From contig CAVSCK010000003.1 of NCBI GenBank assembly GCA_963726455.1, positions 758,166-822,165 on the forward strand: 64,000 bases of DNA. The letters are read 5' to 3'. Positions 39,688-49,324 of this stretch are shown one piece after another; position 1 is the first letter of the stretch, and the number at the start of each line of letters is the position of its first letter. The notes under the pieces were generated by a model. That model was not told where the DNA came from, made no database searches, and worked only from the letters and a program-made list of their open reading frames with translations. Source of the DNA: an uncultured bacterium (GTDB lineage: Bacteria; Zixibacteria; MSB-5A5; CAIYYT01). Both the position numbers and the translations under genes were made by a program.

Positions 39688-40236
39688 TTATTCAATCTGG
39701 CCGATCAGACGGGCCAGAAGTATGGCATTGGTCTCCAACTTTCTCTCGGCCAATAATCCGTCGCGCCAACGCTTAACAAGCTCCAGGTCTGAAGAGATAA
39801 GATCGAAGCCGTTTCGGAACAGGAAATCCCGCGCGTTGTCCGACGCCTTTGGAATCATGGTAAACAGCAGTCTCAGATCCTTTTCGCGCGCGATCTCGAG
39901 TATTTGGGCAAATAGGAATTCGCCGTATCCCTTGCCGAGATAATCGTGATAGACAAAGGGGCCGCACAGCTCTCCGCAATCATCCAGAGCTTTCAGGCCG
40001 ACGAAACCGAATGGAAAGTGATCTTCGAATCCCAGATAATATTCACCCGCCCCTAAGGTCGCTTCGGCGGCCGGATGCGACGACATGTCCTGGATCAGTT
40101 GGCTCTGATGGAGACTTCCACCACCCAGGTCGGCTGTCGAGTCCATGATGTCCAACAGCAACGGGATCGCATGTGGGTTTGCTTTCACGAAACGACGTTC
40201 GCCCATGGCGTTGCCAATATAGAGGTCATTTGCCAT
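39688..40236 (-). CDS. GNAT family N-acetyltransferase
   Basis: FV..DYLGKGYG acetyl-CoA motif, ARDFLFRNGF. Confidence 0.85.
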   Translation of the reverse strand: MANDLYIGNAMGERRFVKANPHAIPLLLDIMDSTADLGGGSLHQSQLIQDMSSHPAAEATLGAGEYYLGFEDHFPFGFVGLKALDDCGELCGPFVYHDYLGKGYGEFLFAQILEIAREKDLRLLFTMIPKASDNARDFLFRNGFDLISSDLELVKRWRDGLLAERKLETNAILLARLIGQIE

Positions 40237-40315
40237 GAGTGGCGGCTTTTCTCGCGGAAAATTATTGACATCTTCGCGGGTGCTGCGTCATAATATCTAT
40301 AGGGAGGAAGTTAAG

Positions 40316-41284
40316 ATGCTCAAACGAATTATCCTGGGGATAGCACTGGCAGGCGCCCTGTTGCTTTGCCAATGCGCTGAAGAGCCGTTGCGGCCGCCTG
40401 ATGTGACACTGGGTGAACAGTTTACCGTCGGACTCGGCCAGACCGTGGAACTGCAAGGGGAGAATTTATCCATTACATTTAGCGGTGTCCTACAGGACTC
40501 ACGCTGTCCGATGGATGTTTACTGCTTCTGGGCCGGACTGGCGGAAATTGAGGTGCAACTCGTTCGCAAGTCAGGCGACAGAGCCCAACTGGATCTGGCC
40601 TTGCTGGGCGGAACCAGATACAACACGCCTAATCCATATACTTTTGACACTTTCGGTTACCGTTTTGCGTTGTTGCGACTGGATCCCTATCCGACCGGCG
40701 CCCACATATTCAAGCCGTCGTCTGCCTCCACTCCGCCGGTTCCTTTTGTAGCTACGCTGGTAATCACTCGCGCGAGCGATACCCTGTCTACTCTCGGCCA
40801 GGTGACCATTTCAGATCAACAGCCTAACACGATATTGCTGGACTATTTTCAGATTAACGCTCTCAGCATCTCAGGTGATACCCTCAGTCTGGATCTTCAA
40901 TATCCGGGCGGCTGCAGGGATCATTTCTTCTTTCTGTTCATGAGTCCGGACTCCTTTGCTGATCCGGGTCACCCACGGGCTACTCTCTGGCTCCGGCATT
41001 ATGCCTCGTACGACTCCTGCAAAGCTCTGATTCACCGCAATCTGAGATTTGACTTGAAGCCGATCGCGGATCTATACACTCTGACTTATGGCAGAATCGA
41101 TCCGATTGCGATAAGTATGTCAGAGTACACCGGCCATCAGCCCGAGAATTCGTTTCAAGCAGTTTATAACCCGTCGGGTGCGAAGAGAAATCGGGCGCCG
41201 GTGATTGTCCCGGTGGGCAGTTCACTAATAGTTACGGATTCTTGTCGATCAACTACGCTGAGGGTCCCTCTGCAAGTACCGTAG
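40316..41284 (+). CDS. Hypothetical lipoprotein (DSRCP..C domain plus NigD-C-like domain)
   Basis: GGAGG RBS, lipoprotein-like signal (LLLCQC), DSRCPMDVYCFWAG, GGCRDH...DSCKAL; TTGACA at 40265. Confidence 0.75.
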   Translation: MLKRIILGIALAGALLLCQCAEEPLRPPDVTLGEQFTVGLGQTVELQGENLSITFSGVLQDSRCPMDVYCFWAGLAEIEVQLVRKSGDRAQLDLALLGGTRYNTPNPYTFDTFGYRFALLRLDPYPTGAHIFKPSSASTPPVPFVATLVITRASDTLSTLGQVTISDQQPNTILLDYFQINALSISGDTLSLDLQYPGGCRDHFFFLFMSPDSFADPGHPRATLWLRHYASYDSCKALIHRNLRFDLKPIADLYTLTYGRIDPIAISMSEYTGHQPENSFQAVYNPSGAKRNRAPVIVPVGSSLIVTDSCRSTTLRVPLQVP

Positions 41285-41394
41285 CCTTCGAAAAATAGCC
41301 ACAAAGGCGTTCTGCCGGTAACATGATTAAACAATTGACGCTTTGCCGCGTCCAAACTACATATTACAGGCGTCTAGTCAGTGGGAGGTTTAAT

Positions 41395-42633
41395 ATGGCT
41401 TCGAAGGGCTTCTTGACGGCTATGTTAGTCGCGATACTTCTGATAGTATCGTGTTCCAACAAAGGGAATGACCCAAACAATACGAATCAACCGCCACGCG
41501 AATTGACCACGGCGGAAAAACAACTTGTTTCTTCCGGCAATCGATTCGGCTTGAAATTCTTCAAGGAGATTGTCCGCTCCGAGGGCGACAAGAACGTTTT
41601 CATCTCGCCGTTGAGCGTTGCGATGGCTCTTGGCATGGCCTATAACGGCGCGAACAGCACCACTCGCGACGCCATGCAGAACACGCTCGAATTGCAGGGG
41701 ATGTCGCTGGAAGACGTCAACAAGTCCTACCGCAGCGTTATCGACCTTCTGCGCGGCTTGGATCCCAAAGTCAAATTCACCATCGCAAATTCCATCTGGT
41801 ATCGGGAGGGCTTCAACGTCGAGCAGCCCTTCATTGATCTGAACCAAACATATTTCGACGCGGTCGTGCGGTCGCTCGACTTCACCGACCCGGCGGCACT
41901 GGCAGCCATCAACGGATGGGTCAATGACAATACCGGCGGCAAGATCACACAGGTCCTCGACCGGATTCCCGACTACGCGCTCATGTATCTCATCAATGCC
42001 ATCTACTTCAAGGGAACCTGGAAGATCAGATTTGATCCGGCCCGTACTGGCACTGAGTTGTTTCACTTGCCGGATCAAAGCACGGTGCCCTGCCAGATGA
42101 TGAGTCTGCCTGAGACGAAGATCTACAGTATGTACACCAGGCAATTCCAGGCGGTTGACCTGAAATACGGCAACGGCGATTACAGCATGACCATTATGGT
42201 CCCATACTCGAATATGAACTTGGATTCGGTAATGGCGCAACTCACCGACGAGAACTGGGCAACCTGGATGTCTCAGTTCGAACAGCGGGATATGCAGTTG
42301 ATGATTCCCAAAATCGAGATCGAGTGGGAGCAAAGCTTGAAGGAAGTGCTATCCACACTGGGCATGGGCATCGCCTTCACCGAGCTAGCCGACTTCTCAA
42401 GCATCAGCCACGACGTCGGATTGATGATCACTGAAGTGAAGCACAAGACCTACGTCAAGGTTGACGAAGAAGGAACCGAGGCCGCAGCCGCGACATCTGT
42501 CGAGATCGGTCCGACCAGCGGACCGGCTATATTTATCGCCGATCATCCATATCTATTCATCATTCATGAGAATCATTCCGGCACAATATTGTTCATGGGC
42601 AAGGTCGTCGACCCCACCAGAAAGACAATGTAA
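41395..42633 (+). CDS. Serpin (serine protease inhibitor), lipoprotein
   Basis: Lipobox IVSC, NVFISPLS, NAIYFKGTW, hinge DEEGTEAAAAT, FIADHPYLF, ILFMG. Confidence 0.96.
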   Translation: MASKGFLTAMLVAILLIVSCSNKGNDPNNTNQPPRELTTAEKQLVSSGNRFGLKFFKEIVRSEGDKNVFISPLSVAMALGMAYNGANSTTRDAMQNTLELQGMSLEDVNKSYRSVIDLLRGLDPKVKFTIANSIWYREGFNVEQPFIDLNQTYFDAVVRSLDFTDPAALAAINGWVNDNTGGKITQVLDRIPDYALMYLINAIYFKGTWKIRFDPARTGTELFHLPDQSTVPCQMMSLPETKIYSMYTRQFQAVDLKYGNGDYSMTIMVPYSNMNLDSVMAQLTDENWATWMSQFEQRDMQLMIPKIEIEWEQSLKEVLSTLGMGIAFTELADFSSISHDVGLMITEVKHKTYVKVDEEGTEAAAATSVEIGPTSGPAIFIADHPYLFIIHENHSGTILFMGKVVDPTRKTM

Positions 42634-42669
42634 CTGCCGGTTTCAGACCCTACTGACCACGTATGCAGC

Positions 42670-42705
42670 AATAAAAACCCCGTCTCGCCGTTAAGCGAGG
42701 CGGGG
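42670..42705 (-). terminator. Intrinsic terminator between the convergent serpin and ECF sigma genes
   Basis: CCCCGTCTCGC/GCGAGGCGGGG stem with an A-tract on the left (T-tract on the minus strand). Confidence 0.7.
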
Positions 42706-42735
42706 CCATAATAGGGAGGCTATCATGAAAAGAGG

Positions 42736-43443
42736 TTAAAAACTTTTTTCGCCTGCCTCTAACACTATCCCTGCCTTTTCTACGAAGGAAGGGTACTTTC
42801 GGAGCAATTCTTTTCTTAATCTTAGTCGTGCCCGATGCAAATACCAACGCACCGTGGCCTCCGGCATGTTCAGAATCTCCGAAACCTCTTCGATTTCGTG
42901 TCCTTCAATATCGCGCAGCAGGAAGGCGGCTTTTTGCTTGTCATTGAGGGCATCTGCCGCCTGCAGGATGCACTCCTTGATATTCTTGCGGTACAGACTG
43001 ATATCCGGGCTGTCAGCCGGCGTCTCCACGGAATCGGTGTAGGTCTCCAAAGTTTCGTGCCGGTGTTTCCGTTGCTTGCGGATATAGTCAATTGAGGCAT
43101 TGACGGTGATACGATACAACCACGTCGAGAACTTCTTGGTTGTGTCAAAACGATCCAGATTACGCGACGTCTTCACGAACACCATCTGCGAAATGTCCTT
43201 GGCCTCGTCGTAGTCTCCCACCATGCGATAGGCAATGCCGGCCACCTGGCTCTTGTACTTCTTCATCAGGTCGCCGAACGCCCGGTTTTCGCCCCCTTGG
43301 ATTCTCTTGATTAAAGCGATCGTCTCCACTTCACTCGGGTCACTAACTGTCACTTCTCCGGTTGCGGCGTTTTCCACTTCAGCATCAATACTGCTTTCGA
43401 CGTCCGTTCGGCCATCGAGAACAGCATCATCCTTGGTCTTCAT
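42736..43443 (-). CDS. ECF RNA polymerase sigma factor with acidic N-terminal extension
   Basis: Region 2 EAKDISQMVF..., FSTWLYRITVN; region 4 EEVSEILNMPEATVRWYLHRAR. Confidence 0.92.
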   Translation of the reverse strand: MKTKDDAVLDGRTDVESSIDAEVENAATGEVTVSDPSEVETIALIKRIQGGENRAFGDLMKKYKSQVAGIAYRMVGDYDEAKDISQMVFVKTSRNLDRFDTTKKFSTWLYRITVNASIDYIRKQRKHRHETLETYTDSVETPADSPDISLYRKNIKECILQAADALNDKQKAAFLLRDIEGHEIEEVSEILNMPEATVRWYLHRARLRLRKELLRKYPSFVEKAGIVLEAGEKSF

Positions 43444-43507
43444 AATATGCCTTTCCGCTGAGAAACTGTTAATGGTAGATCGCACATTACTACTATCATG
43501 TAGCTTT

Positions 43508-43532
43508 AACGTTGATAATTGCGCCCGGTTCC
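43508..43532 (-). promoter_or_regulatory. ECF-type autoregulatory promoter
   Basis: Minus strand GGAAC-N16-CGTT about 65 nt upstream of the ECF start codon. Confidence 0.6.
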
Positions 43533-44175
43533 ACGGAATAACATAAAAAAACCGTCCAAAACCGCTCGCCTAAGTCGGGTATCTGAAAACTGCCTGCCTG
43601 AGCAGCTTGGCAAACCACGATGGATTCTGCGGGATTTCTTGCTTCCATCTCTCGAATTACTCTCGCTTTTGATTTTGTGCCAGTCCGTGTCACCTGAGCT
43701 CACTTCGTTAGCTGAAGACAGAATGTGTCAATCGTTTTCTGCACGCCGATTATAATAGAAATTGATTAATCGTCAATGTGTAGACTGCACGTATTGATCA
43801 CGTAAGTCGACTACGCGATAATCCCCGCCTACCTATGTTCCCATAACTCGTTACGTAACTTATGATAATGGCTTAGGTTCCCATTTTACGATGTGTGGAG
43901 CTCCGCGTATCAAGAATTCTGGCTGCGAGGCCGTAGGGGCCACAATTCCATGCAATCACAACTACCGCAATGCGTTATCGTGCTGAAATGTATTCCCGCC
44001 GCTCTAGGAGGCACGACAACACATCGAGTTATCGCCATCAGACGAGCCCATCTAATTAGGCAAGCAACTAACCTACAATGTCTTAGCGTAATCTCGTGGT
44101 AAGGGTGGGCGTATGAATACGCAATGCGAATCCTGAGCAGGACGATTCCGATTCAAAAACGAGATTTGAAGGAAT

Positions 44176-45084
44176 TTAGAAATTGGACCCAGCGGAGTAA
44201 ATATACTGAACGGGATTGACCGTTCCGCCGAATTTCATGACTTCGTAATGCAGATGCGGGCCGGTCGAGTAACCGGTGTTGCCAATCAGGCCAATCAATT
44301 CACCACGTTTGACTGTCTGTCCTTGCCTGACTTTGAACTGGGAAAGATGACCGTAAACTGTGCTGAAGCCGTTGCCGTGATCGACGACGACAGTGTTGCC
44401 CAGCCCAGACTGGTACCCCGTCGAAGCTACGACTCCGTCAGCAGTCACGACCACCGGAGTACCGGTACGATTGGATATGTCAAGCCCGGAGTGAAGCTTC
44501 TGCTCGCCTGTGAACGGATCGCTCTTGATACCGTAGCCGCGAATTAGATATCCCTGGGTCGGCCAGATTGACGGAGTGTGATCCAGGTCAGTCTTCTTTT
44601 CCAGAAGTCTATCATATATATAGTTGAATTGCTCTTTCTCAAATGACGACAGCGCCACCAGGCGGTCAATCTCGGCCTCCGACCGGAACGTGGCTTCCAC
44701 CAACGGAGATCCGGAACTTCCCGTGGTAGTTGCGCCGGGACCACCAATACCGAGTTCACGCTGCTGAGGGTCTATTTCGGGCAACTCAAAGATCGTTCTG
44801 ATGGCTTTTTCCTTTTCTACCAGGCCATTGACCTCGTCACTCAACTTGCCGATCGAGAGATCAATGCTCGCGAGCTTGGTGTTGAGGAAGGTGTTCTCTT
44901 CCGCCACCGACTGGAATTGATGGGATTCAATCTTGCGGCCGAGAAAATCGATGGAAAAAACGAGTGTGGCACCGGTGTATACCAGGACAGCCACCGCCAG
45001 CGAAACCAACAGGGTTCGCGAAAACGAAAACTGTCTAATTTTGCCTGAGTCGGGAACGATAAAAACTGCTAGTCTTTTCTTCAT
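44176..45084 (-). CDS. M23 family metalloendopeptidase (NlpD/MepM-like, TM plus coiled coil)
   Basis: HSGLD, YGHL, GNTGYSTGPHLHYEV. Confidence 0.95.
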   Translation of the reverse strand: MKKRLAVFIVPDSGKIRQFSFSRTLLVSLAVAVLVYTGATLVFSIDFLGRKIESHQFQSVAEENTFLNTKLASIDLSIGKLSDEVNGLVEKEKAIRTIFELPEIDPQQRELGIGGPGATTTGSSGSPLVEATFRSEAEIDRLVALSSFEKEQFNYIYDRLLEKKTDLDHTPSIWPTQGYLIRGYGIKSDPFTGEQKLHSGLDISNRTGTPVVVTADGVVASTGYQSGLGNTVVVDHGNGFSTVYGHLSQFKVRQGQTVKRGELIGLIGNTGYSTGPHLHYEVMKFGGTVNPVQYIYSAGSNF

Positions 45085-45545
45085 CCTTAAAGAACTTCCA
45101 AATTAGGGCATCCAGCTCTACAGGGAGAGCCCCCAAAAAAGTCGGGGGAACATATCTGAAAACAACATCCCTGTCAAGTTTTTTTCCAACAATTTCATAA
45201 CAAATTGCATGCCAACGAGATAAAGTTTATGGAGCAACTCTGTTGGGATCCTATTCAGGACGCGTCGTCCCCCACAACATATAGTTGCACAGGGCTCCAC
45301 GCAGTCCATATTTGCCAATGTCACTTCGCTCCATTTTCGGGTTAGATGGCGTTGAAGTACCGTAAAGCTGCGCCCGGGCGCAGTTCGCCATGCCTGATTA
45401 TACCCGAATGCCCGGAATTAGATGCCTAAATCGCCTGCTTTGCAGCCGAAATTAGCGTAGTTCTACTGTTTTGCGGAGTTGTGCCCTGCCGAATCGGTCG
45501 GTTTGGCAACGAAAGAGAATGATTTTGACTGACCTGAATCGTTAG

Positions 45546-45686
45546 CTACTTAATGACTTGCCACTCCTGACGGAGAATCTTGTTGACGACCTTGACGAAC
45601 TTCTCGCTGTTGAGGTTCTGTAGCGAATAGAGGTGCCAGCAAGTCTTGTGAGGAATCTTGTAGCCGTTTCGACGTTTTTTTGCCAT
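45546..45686 (-). CDS. Small basic protein (46 aa), absent from the ORF track
   Basis: GGGAGGAG RBS then MAKKRRNGYKIPHKTCWHLYSLQNLNSEKFVKVVNKILRQEWQVIK*; GC-rich third positions like neighbouring genes. Confidence 0.65.
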   Translation of the reverse strand: MAKKRRNGYKIPHKTCWHLYSLQNLNSEKFVKVVNKILRQEWQVIK

Positions 45687-45775
45687 AGCTCCTCCCGCAT
45701 GGGATGGTGGTTTTCGCTACCCCTTATTGGTTGCTCGTTTCGGCAACAGGTACCTCCATTGCCGTCGGTTGCTTG

Positions 45776-45792
45776 TGCAAATACAGTGCCCA
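45776..45792 (-). promoter_or_regulatory. Putative sigma54 (-24/-12) promoter
   Basis: Minus strand TGGGCAC-TGTAT-TTGCA with correct GG/GC spacing, 90 nt upstream of the small ORF. Confidence 0.5.
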
Positions 45793-46105
45793 CCTCAAAG
45801 ATTATTCCCGTCCGCCAGTGGCAATTCTATGTAGTTCATCGACAACAGCTTACGTCTCGACAACATCTGTCGCGAAACCACCATTTCCGGAAAAAACTAA
45901 AGGAATCTTCCAATACTTTGCGGGGATTGTGCAGCATTATATCACTTCCGAATGATCTCAGCGATGCGCAAGAAATTCCCCATACTGTATTATGTGAGGC
46001 GGGAAAAAAGCCAAAAAACTAATCAAGCAAATTCCGCAGTACTGGCGTTAATATCCTTTGGCAGCCCCGGCAGCCCGAATTTGCATTCACAGAGAGGAGC
46101 ACGTT

Positions 46106-46606
46106 ATGAAAAAGGCCAGTATTTTCTTGATAATTGTTCTATTGGGCGTCTTGCCTGCGTCAGCGCAGACCAGGTCGGCAGGAATTCACGGAGTTGGACC
46201 CCGGCTCGGATTTACGATAAACCCGGATCAATTCCATTTTGGCGCCCATCTGGACATTGGCGACTTGGCGCCCCGACTGATGATGATGCCTAACGTGGAA
46301 ATTGGCGTTGGCCAGAACGTCACGACTGTCGCGCCTACCTTCGAGCTTGACTACCGCTTCCGTTCGGAGTGGGGTCGCGTTTGGACGCCATACCTGGGCG
46401 GTGGTGTCGGTCCGATCTTCTATACTGTGCATCACGACAACTACATTCATGATCACGGTTACAGCGACAACGGTCTCGGCGTATACTTCGAGGGAGGAGT
46501 TGCCAAGAGCATAGCCGGCTCGGGTAATTTCTTTATCGAATTCAAGGTTGGGGTGGCCGATGCCCCTGATGCTAAGTTTACGATCGGGTGGACTTTCGGT
46601 CATTAG
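46106..46606 (+). CDS. Small outer-membrane beta-barrel protein
   Basis: GAGGAG RBS, signal peptide, PYLGGGVG, alternating beta strands, near-terminal FTIGWTF. Confidence 0.8.
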   Translation: MKKASIFLIIVLLGVLPASAQTRSAGIHGVGPRLGFTINPDQFHFGAHLDIGDLAPRLMMMPNVEIGVGQNVTTVAPTFELDYRFRSEWGRVWTPYLGGGVGPIFYTVHHDNYIHDHGYSDNGLGVYFEGGVAKSIAGSGNFFIEFKVGVADAPDAKFTIGWTFGH

Positions 46607-46658
46607 TCCTCGGAGTGGAGAGGCATTTCCCTCTCAACCTTTCAACAGGAGGAAATTC

Positions 46659-47453
46659 ATGAAGGTCAAGAGTCTTTTGACAGCGTCCGCAATCGCGCTT
46701 GTCGCGGTGATGATGATTGGGTGTTCCAGTTCATCGAACTCCCCAAGCGGACAGGGTGAAGTGCGAATTTACATGGTTGACTCGCCCGCCAGCTACGAGC
46801 AGGTCAACATCGTGGTCACGAAAGTTGAGGTCCATTCGTCCGGTTCGGATTCGACCAGCGGCTGGGCGACGATCGTCGACACCACCAGAACATTCGATTT
46901 GCTGGAGCTCCGCAACGGTGCCAATGCCTTGTTGGGCGACCGCTCTCTTCCGCCCGGACATTACACTCAGATTCGCCTGTCCATCGGAACGGGAAGCAAT
47001 GTCATGATCGCCGGCATCACCTATCCTCTGGATATTTCCGCCAACAACACGCTCAAGCTGAATCATGAATTCGACATTCAAAGCGGACAGGTCTACTCGA
47101 TCACACTCGACTTTGACGCCGATCATTCAATCGTGGTGACGGGAAATCTCCAGTACAAGCTCAAACCGGTGATTCGCGTAGTAGCGACATTACAGACCGG
47201 CAGCATCTCGGGTGCAGTAAGTCCGGTGGCGGCGCGGGCGATTGCATCCGTCGAAGTGAACTCCGACACAGTAAGTGCGTTCTGTGACACTCTCACGGGC
47301 GCGTTTATGATTCAAGCATTGCCGGCCGGCACTTACGATCTTGAAATTAAAGCGCAAAGTCTGATCTACGGAGACACAACAATTACCGGCGTCGTGGTAA
47401 CCGCCCAAAACAACACGAACGTCGGATTGATAACACTGCATAGTTCACTGTAA
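46659..47453 (+). CDS. DUF4382 domain lipoprotein with C-terminal carboxypeptidase-regulatory-like domain
   Basis: Lipobox MIGC, MVDSPA, FDLLEL.NG, GHYTQIRL, LDFDADHS, KLKPVIR. Confidence 0.88.
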   Translation: MKVKSLLTASAIALVAVMMIGCSSSSNSPSGQGEVRIYMVDSPASYEQVNIVVTKVEVHSSGSDSTSGWATIVDTTRTFDLLELRNGANALLGDRSLPPGHYTQIRLSIGTGSNVMIAGITYPLDISANNTLKLNHEFDIQSGQVYSITLDFDADHSIVVTGNLQYKLKPVIRVVATLQTGSISGAVSPVAARAIASVEVNSDTVSAFCDTLTGAFMIQALPAGTYDLEIKAQSLIYGDTTITGVVVTAQNNTNVGLITLHSSL

Positions 47454-47491
47454 CCATCATCTGATCAACTGCTGACCAAGATAATCCAGTG

Positions 47492-47520
47492 CACCCCGTG
47501 ATTGGAGAAATCACGGGGTG
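47492..47520 (+). terminator. Hairpin / probable terminator
   Basis: Perfect 12-bp stem CACCCCGTGATT/AATCACGGGGTG. Confidence 0.55.
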
Positions 47521-47604
47521 TCCGGTTTGTGGTCGCCGTCACTATCGAGCCCCACAATTCCCTTTGTCTTCACCGTCGTCGCACACTATCTTCCCTGCCG
47601 GACG

Positions 47605-47630
47605 TGAAACATGAGTAAGGCATTGGCGTA
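47605..47630 (+). promoter_or_regulatory. SigW-type ECF promoter
   Basis: TGAAAC-N16-CGTA, matching the Bacillus SigW consensus, 20 nt upstream of the sigma gene. Confidence 0.75.
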
Positions 47631-47650
47631 TCTAAAGGTTAGGTGTTCAG

Positions 47651-48217
47651 GTGCTGGAGCCGGATGAAGTCCTGATCGGCCATGCGCTCGCCGGTAACCA
47701 GGCGGCGTACACCGAGTTAATGAACCGGCACAAGCGGACGATCTCGCAGATTATCCAGAAGATCGTGCGCGACCGGCAGGAAACCGAGGATTTGGTGCAG
47801 GAAACGTTCATGCGGGCGTTTCACTCACTGGCCTCCTACCGCTCCGAGTACCGGTTTTCGACCTGGCTGTACAAGATTGCCGCCAATTGCGCGATTGACT
47901 ACCTGCGCAAAAAGAAGATTGAGGCGCTCAGTCTGGACAAGCCGGTCGACACCGAGGACGGCTCGGTCGGAATCGACCTTCCGGACGCGTCGTTCAATCC
48001 GGAGGAACACCTGCTGGAAAAACAGCGGCGGGTATCGATCGACGAGGCGATTGAGTCGCTGCCGGAAAAGTATCGGATCGTGATATTGTATCGCCATCGT
48101 GACGATCAATCTTATGAGGAGATAGCTCAGATTCTTAAACTCCCGGTCGGAACGGTCAAAGCCCGAATATTCAGGGCGCGGGAGCTTTTGAAGAAGAAGC
48201 TGAAAGGCGTCAGGTAA
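47651..48217 (+). CDS. ECF RNA polymerase sigma factor (SigW/RpoE-like)
   Basis: EDLVQETFMRAF, FSTWLYKIAAN..IDYLRK, SYEEIAQILKLPVGTVKARIFRAR. Confidence 0.95.
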   Translation: MLEPDEVLIGHALAGNQAAYTELMNRHKRTISQIIQKIVRDRQETEDLVQETFMRAFHSLASYRSEYRFSTWLYKIAANCAIDYLRKKKIEALSLDKPVDTEDGSVGIDLPDASFNPEEHLLEKQRRVSIDEAIESLPEKYRIVILYRHRDDQSYEEIAQILKLPVGTVKARIFRARELLKKKLKGVR

Positions 48218-48235
48218 GTGACAGGAGGAAAGCTC

Positions 48236-49309
48236 ATGTCCAAATTGCTACTCTCTGTTTTGGTCTTCATCGGTGTGGGGCTGCTCGCAATAACCGGCTC
48301 GGCTCAGGCCAAACTATTCCAGTTCAAAACCACCAACGAATACGCCGTCGAAAAAGACTTCAAACTGTCGCTGACAAACACCTCCGGATCAATCCAAATA
48401 TCCTATCGCCCCGGTGACAAAGTTGTAGTCGAGGTGAACAAAGAAATCGATGCGCCCTCCCGCGAGGAAGCTGAGAAGATGGCCGACCGGCTGGAAGTCG
48501 TAGTCAAGGCAGACAAGGATGACATCGATATCAGCGCGCAGTATCCGTTTGAAAACCGATCGCGTGATTTCTGGCGAAGACTATTCGGGCTGCATGAACA
48601 GCTTTCCAGTTCCGTGCGATTCTTTGTTGAAGTGCCGACCTCGACGCGGCTGGAAGTCTCGACAACTTCCGGCGATGTGAGCTTGCTTGGTTTGGAAGGA
48701 GAAGCCACCATTTCCGGCACGTCGGGCGATATCAAGGTCGTTGGATTCACCGGTGATCTAAATGTCGAAACCACGTCCGGAGATCTGAGCTTCAAGGACG
48801 TCAAAGGAAACGTCGACGCCAACTCAACGTCGTCGGATATGCTGTTTGACAACATCACCGGCAACGTTGTGGTTCAATCAACCTCGGGCGATACCGAGGC
48901 GCACTTCGTCACCGGCAAGACGCGAATCACCAAGACTTCCGGCGATGTCCGTATCGAAGCGGCGGGTAGTGACGTCGACGTCAACACGACCTCAGGTAAT
49001 ATCGATATCGAACAGCGCGCAGGCGGTGTGTTCGTGTCGTCATCATCCGGGGACGTCAGCATCCATTCCGAGATGACTGATGGCAAGCGTTTTGAGGTCG
49101 AGACGATTTCCGGCGACATTACGCTGCGGGTACCCGCAGAAATGAAGGGCTATGTTAAACTGGAAACAATTTCGGGATCGATCAATACCGATCTGGCGAT
49201 TGAAGTTCGCACCTTCAACAAGCACAGTCTCGAAGGGCGTATCGGCGGTGAGGGGCCGGAAGTGATACTCTCCACGACTTCCGGTGACATTAACTTGGAC
49301 GGCTTTTAG
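48236..49309 (+). CDS. DUF4097 (adhesin-like beta-solenoid) family protein
   Basis: Signal peptide and many (T/S)TSGD(I/V) repeats. Confidence 0.9.
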   Translation: MSKLLLSVLVFIGVGLLAITGSAQAKLFQFKTTNEYAVEKDFKLSLTNTSGSIQISYRPGDKVVVEVNKEIDAPSREEAEKMADRLEVVVKADKDDIDISAQYPFENRSRDFWRRLFGLHEQLSSSVRFFVEVPTSTRLEVSTTSGDVSLLGLEGEATISGTSGDIKVVGFTGDLNVETTSGDLSFKDVKGNVDANSTSSDMLFDNITGNVVVQSTSGDTEAHFVTGKTRITKTSGDVRIEAAGSDVDVNTTSGNIDIEQRAGGVFVSSSSGDVSIHSEMTDGKRFEVETISGDITLRVPAEMKGYVKLETISGSINTDLAIEVRTFNKHSLEGRIGGEGPEVILSTTSGDINLDGF

Positions 49310-49324
49310 ATCGGCAAGGATTAC

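Noticed and set aside
45199-45215. Sigma54 promoter TTGGCATGCAATTTGTT upstream of the M23 gene
   Set aside because: The -12 element is GT rather than GC, and a TTGACA-N17-TATGTT sigma70 promoter lies closer to the gene.
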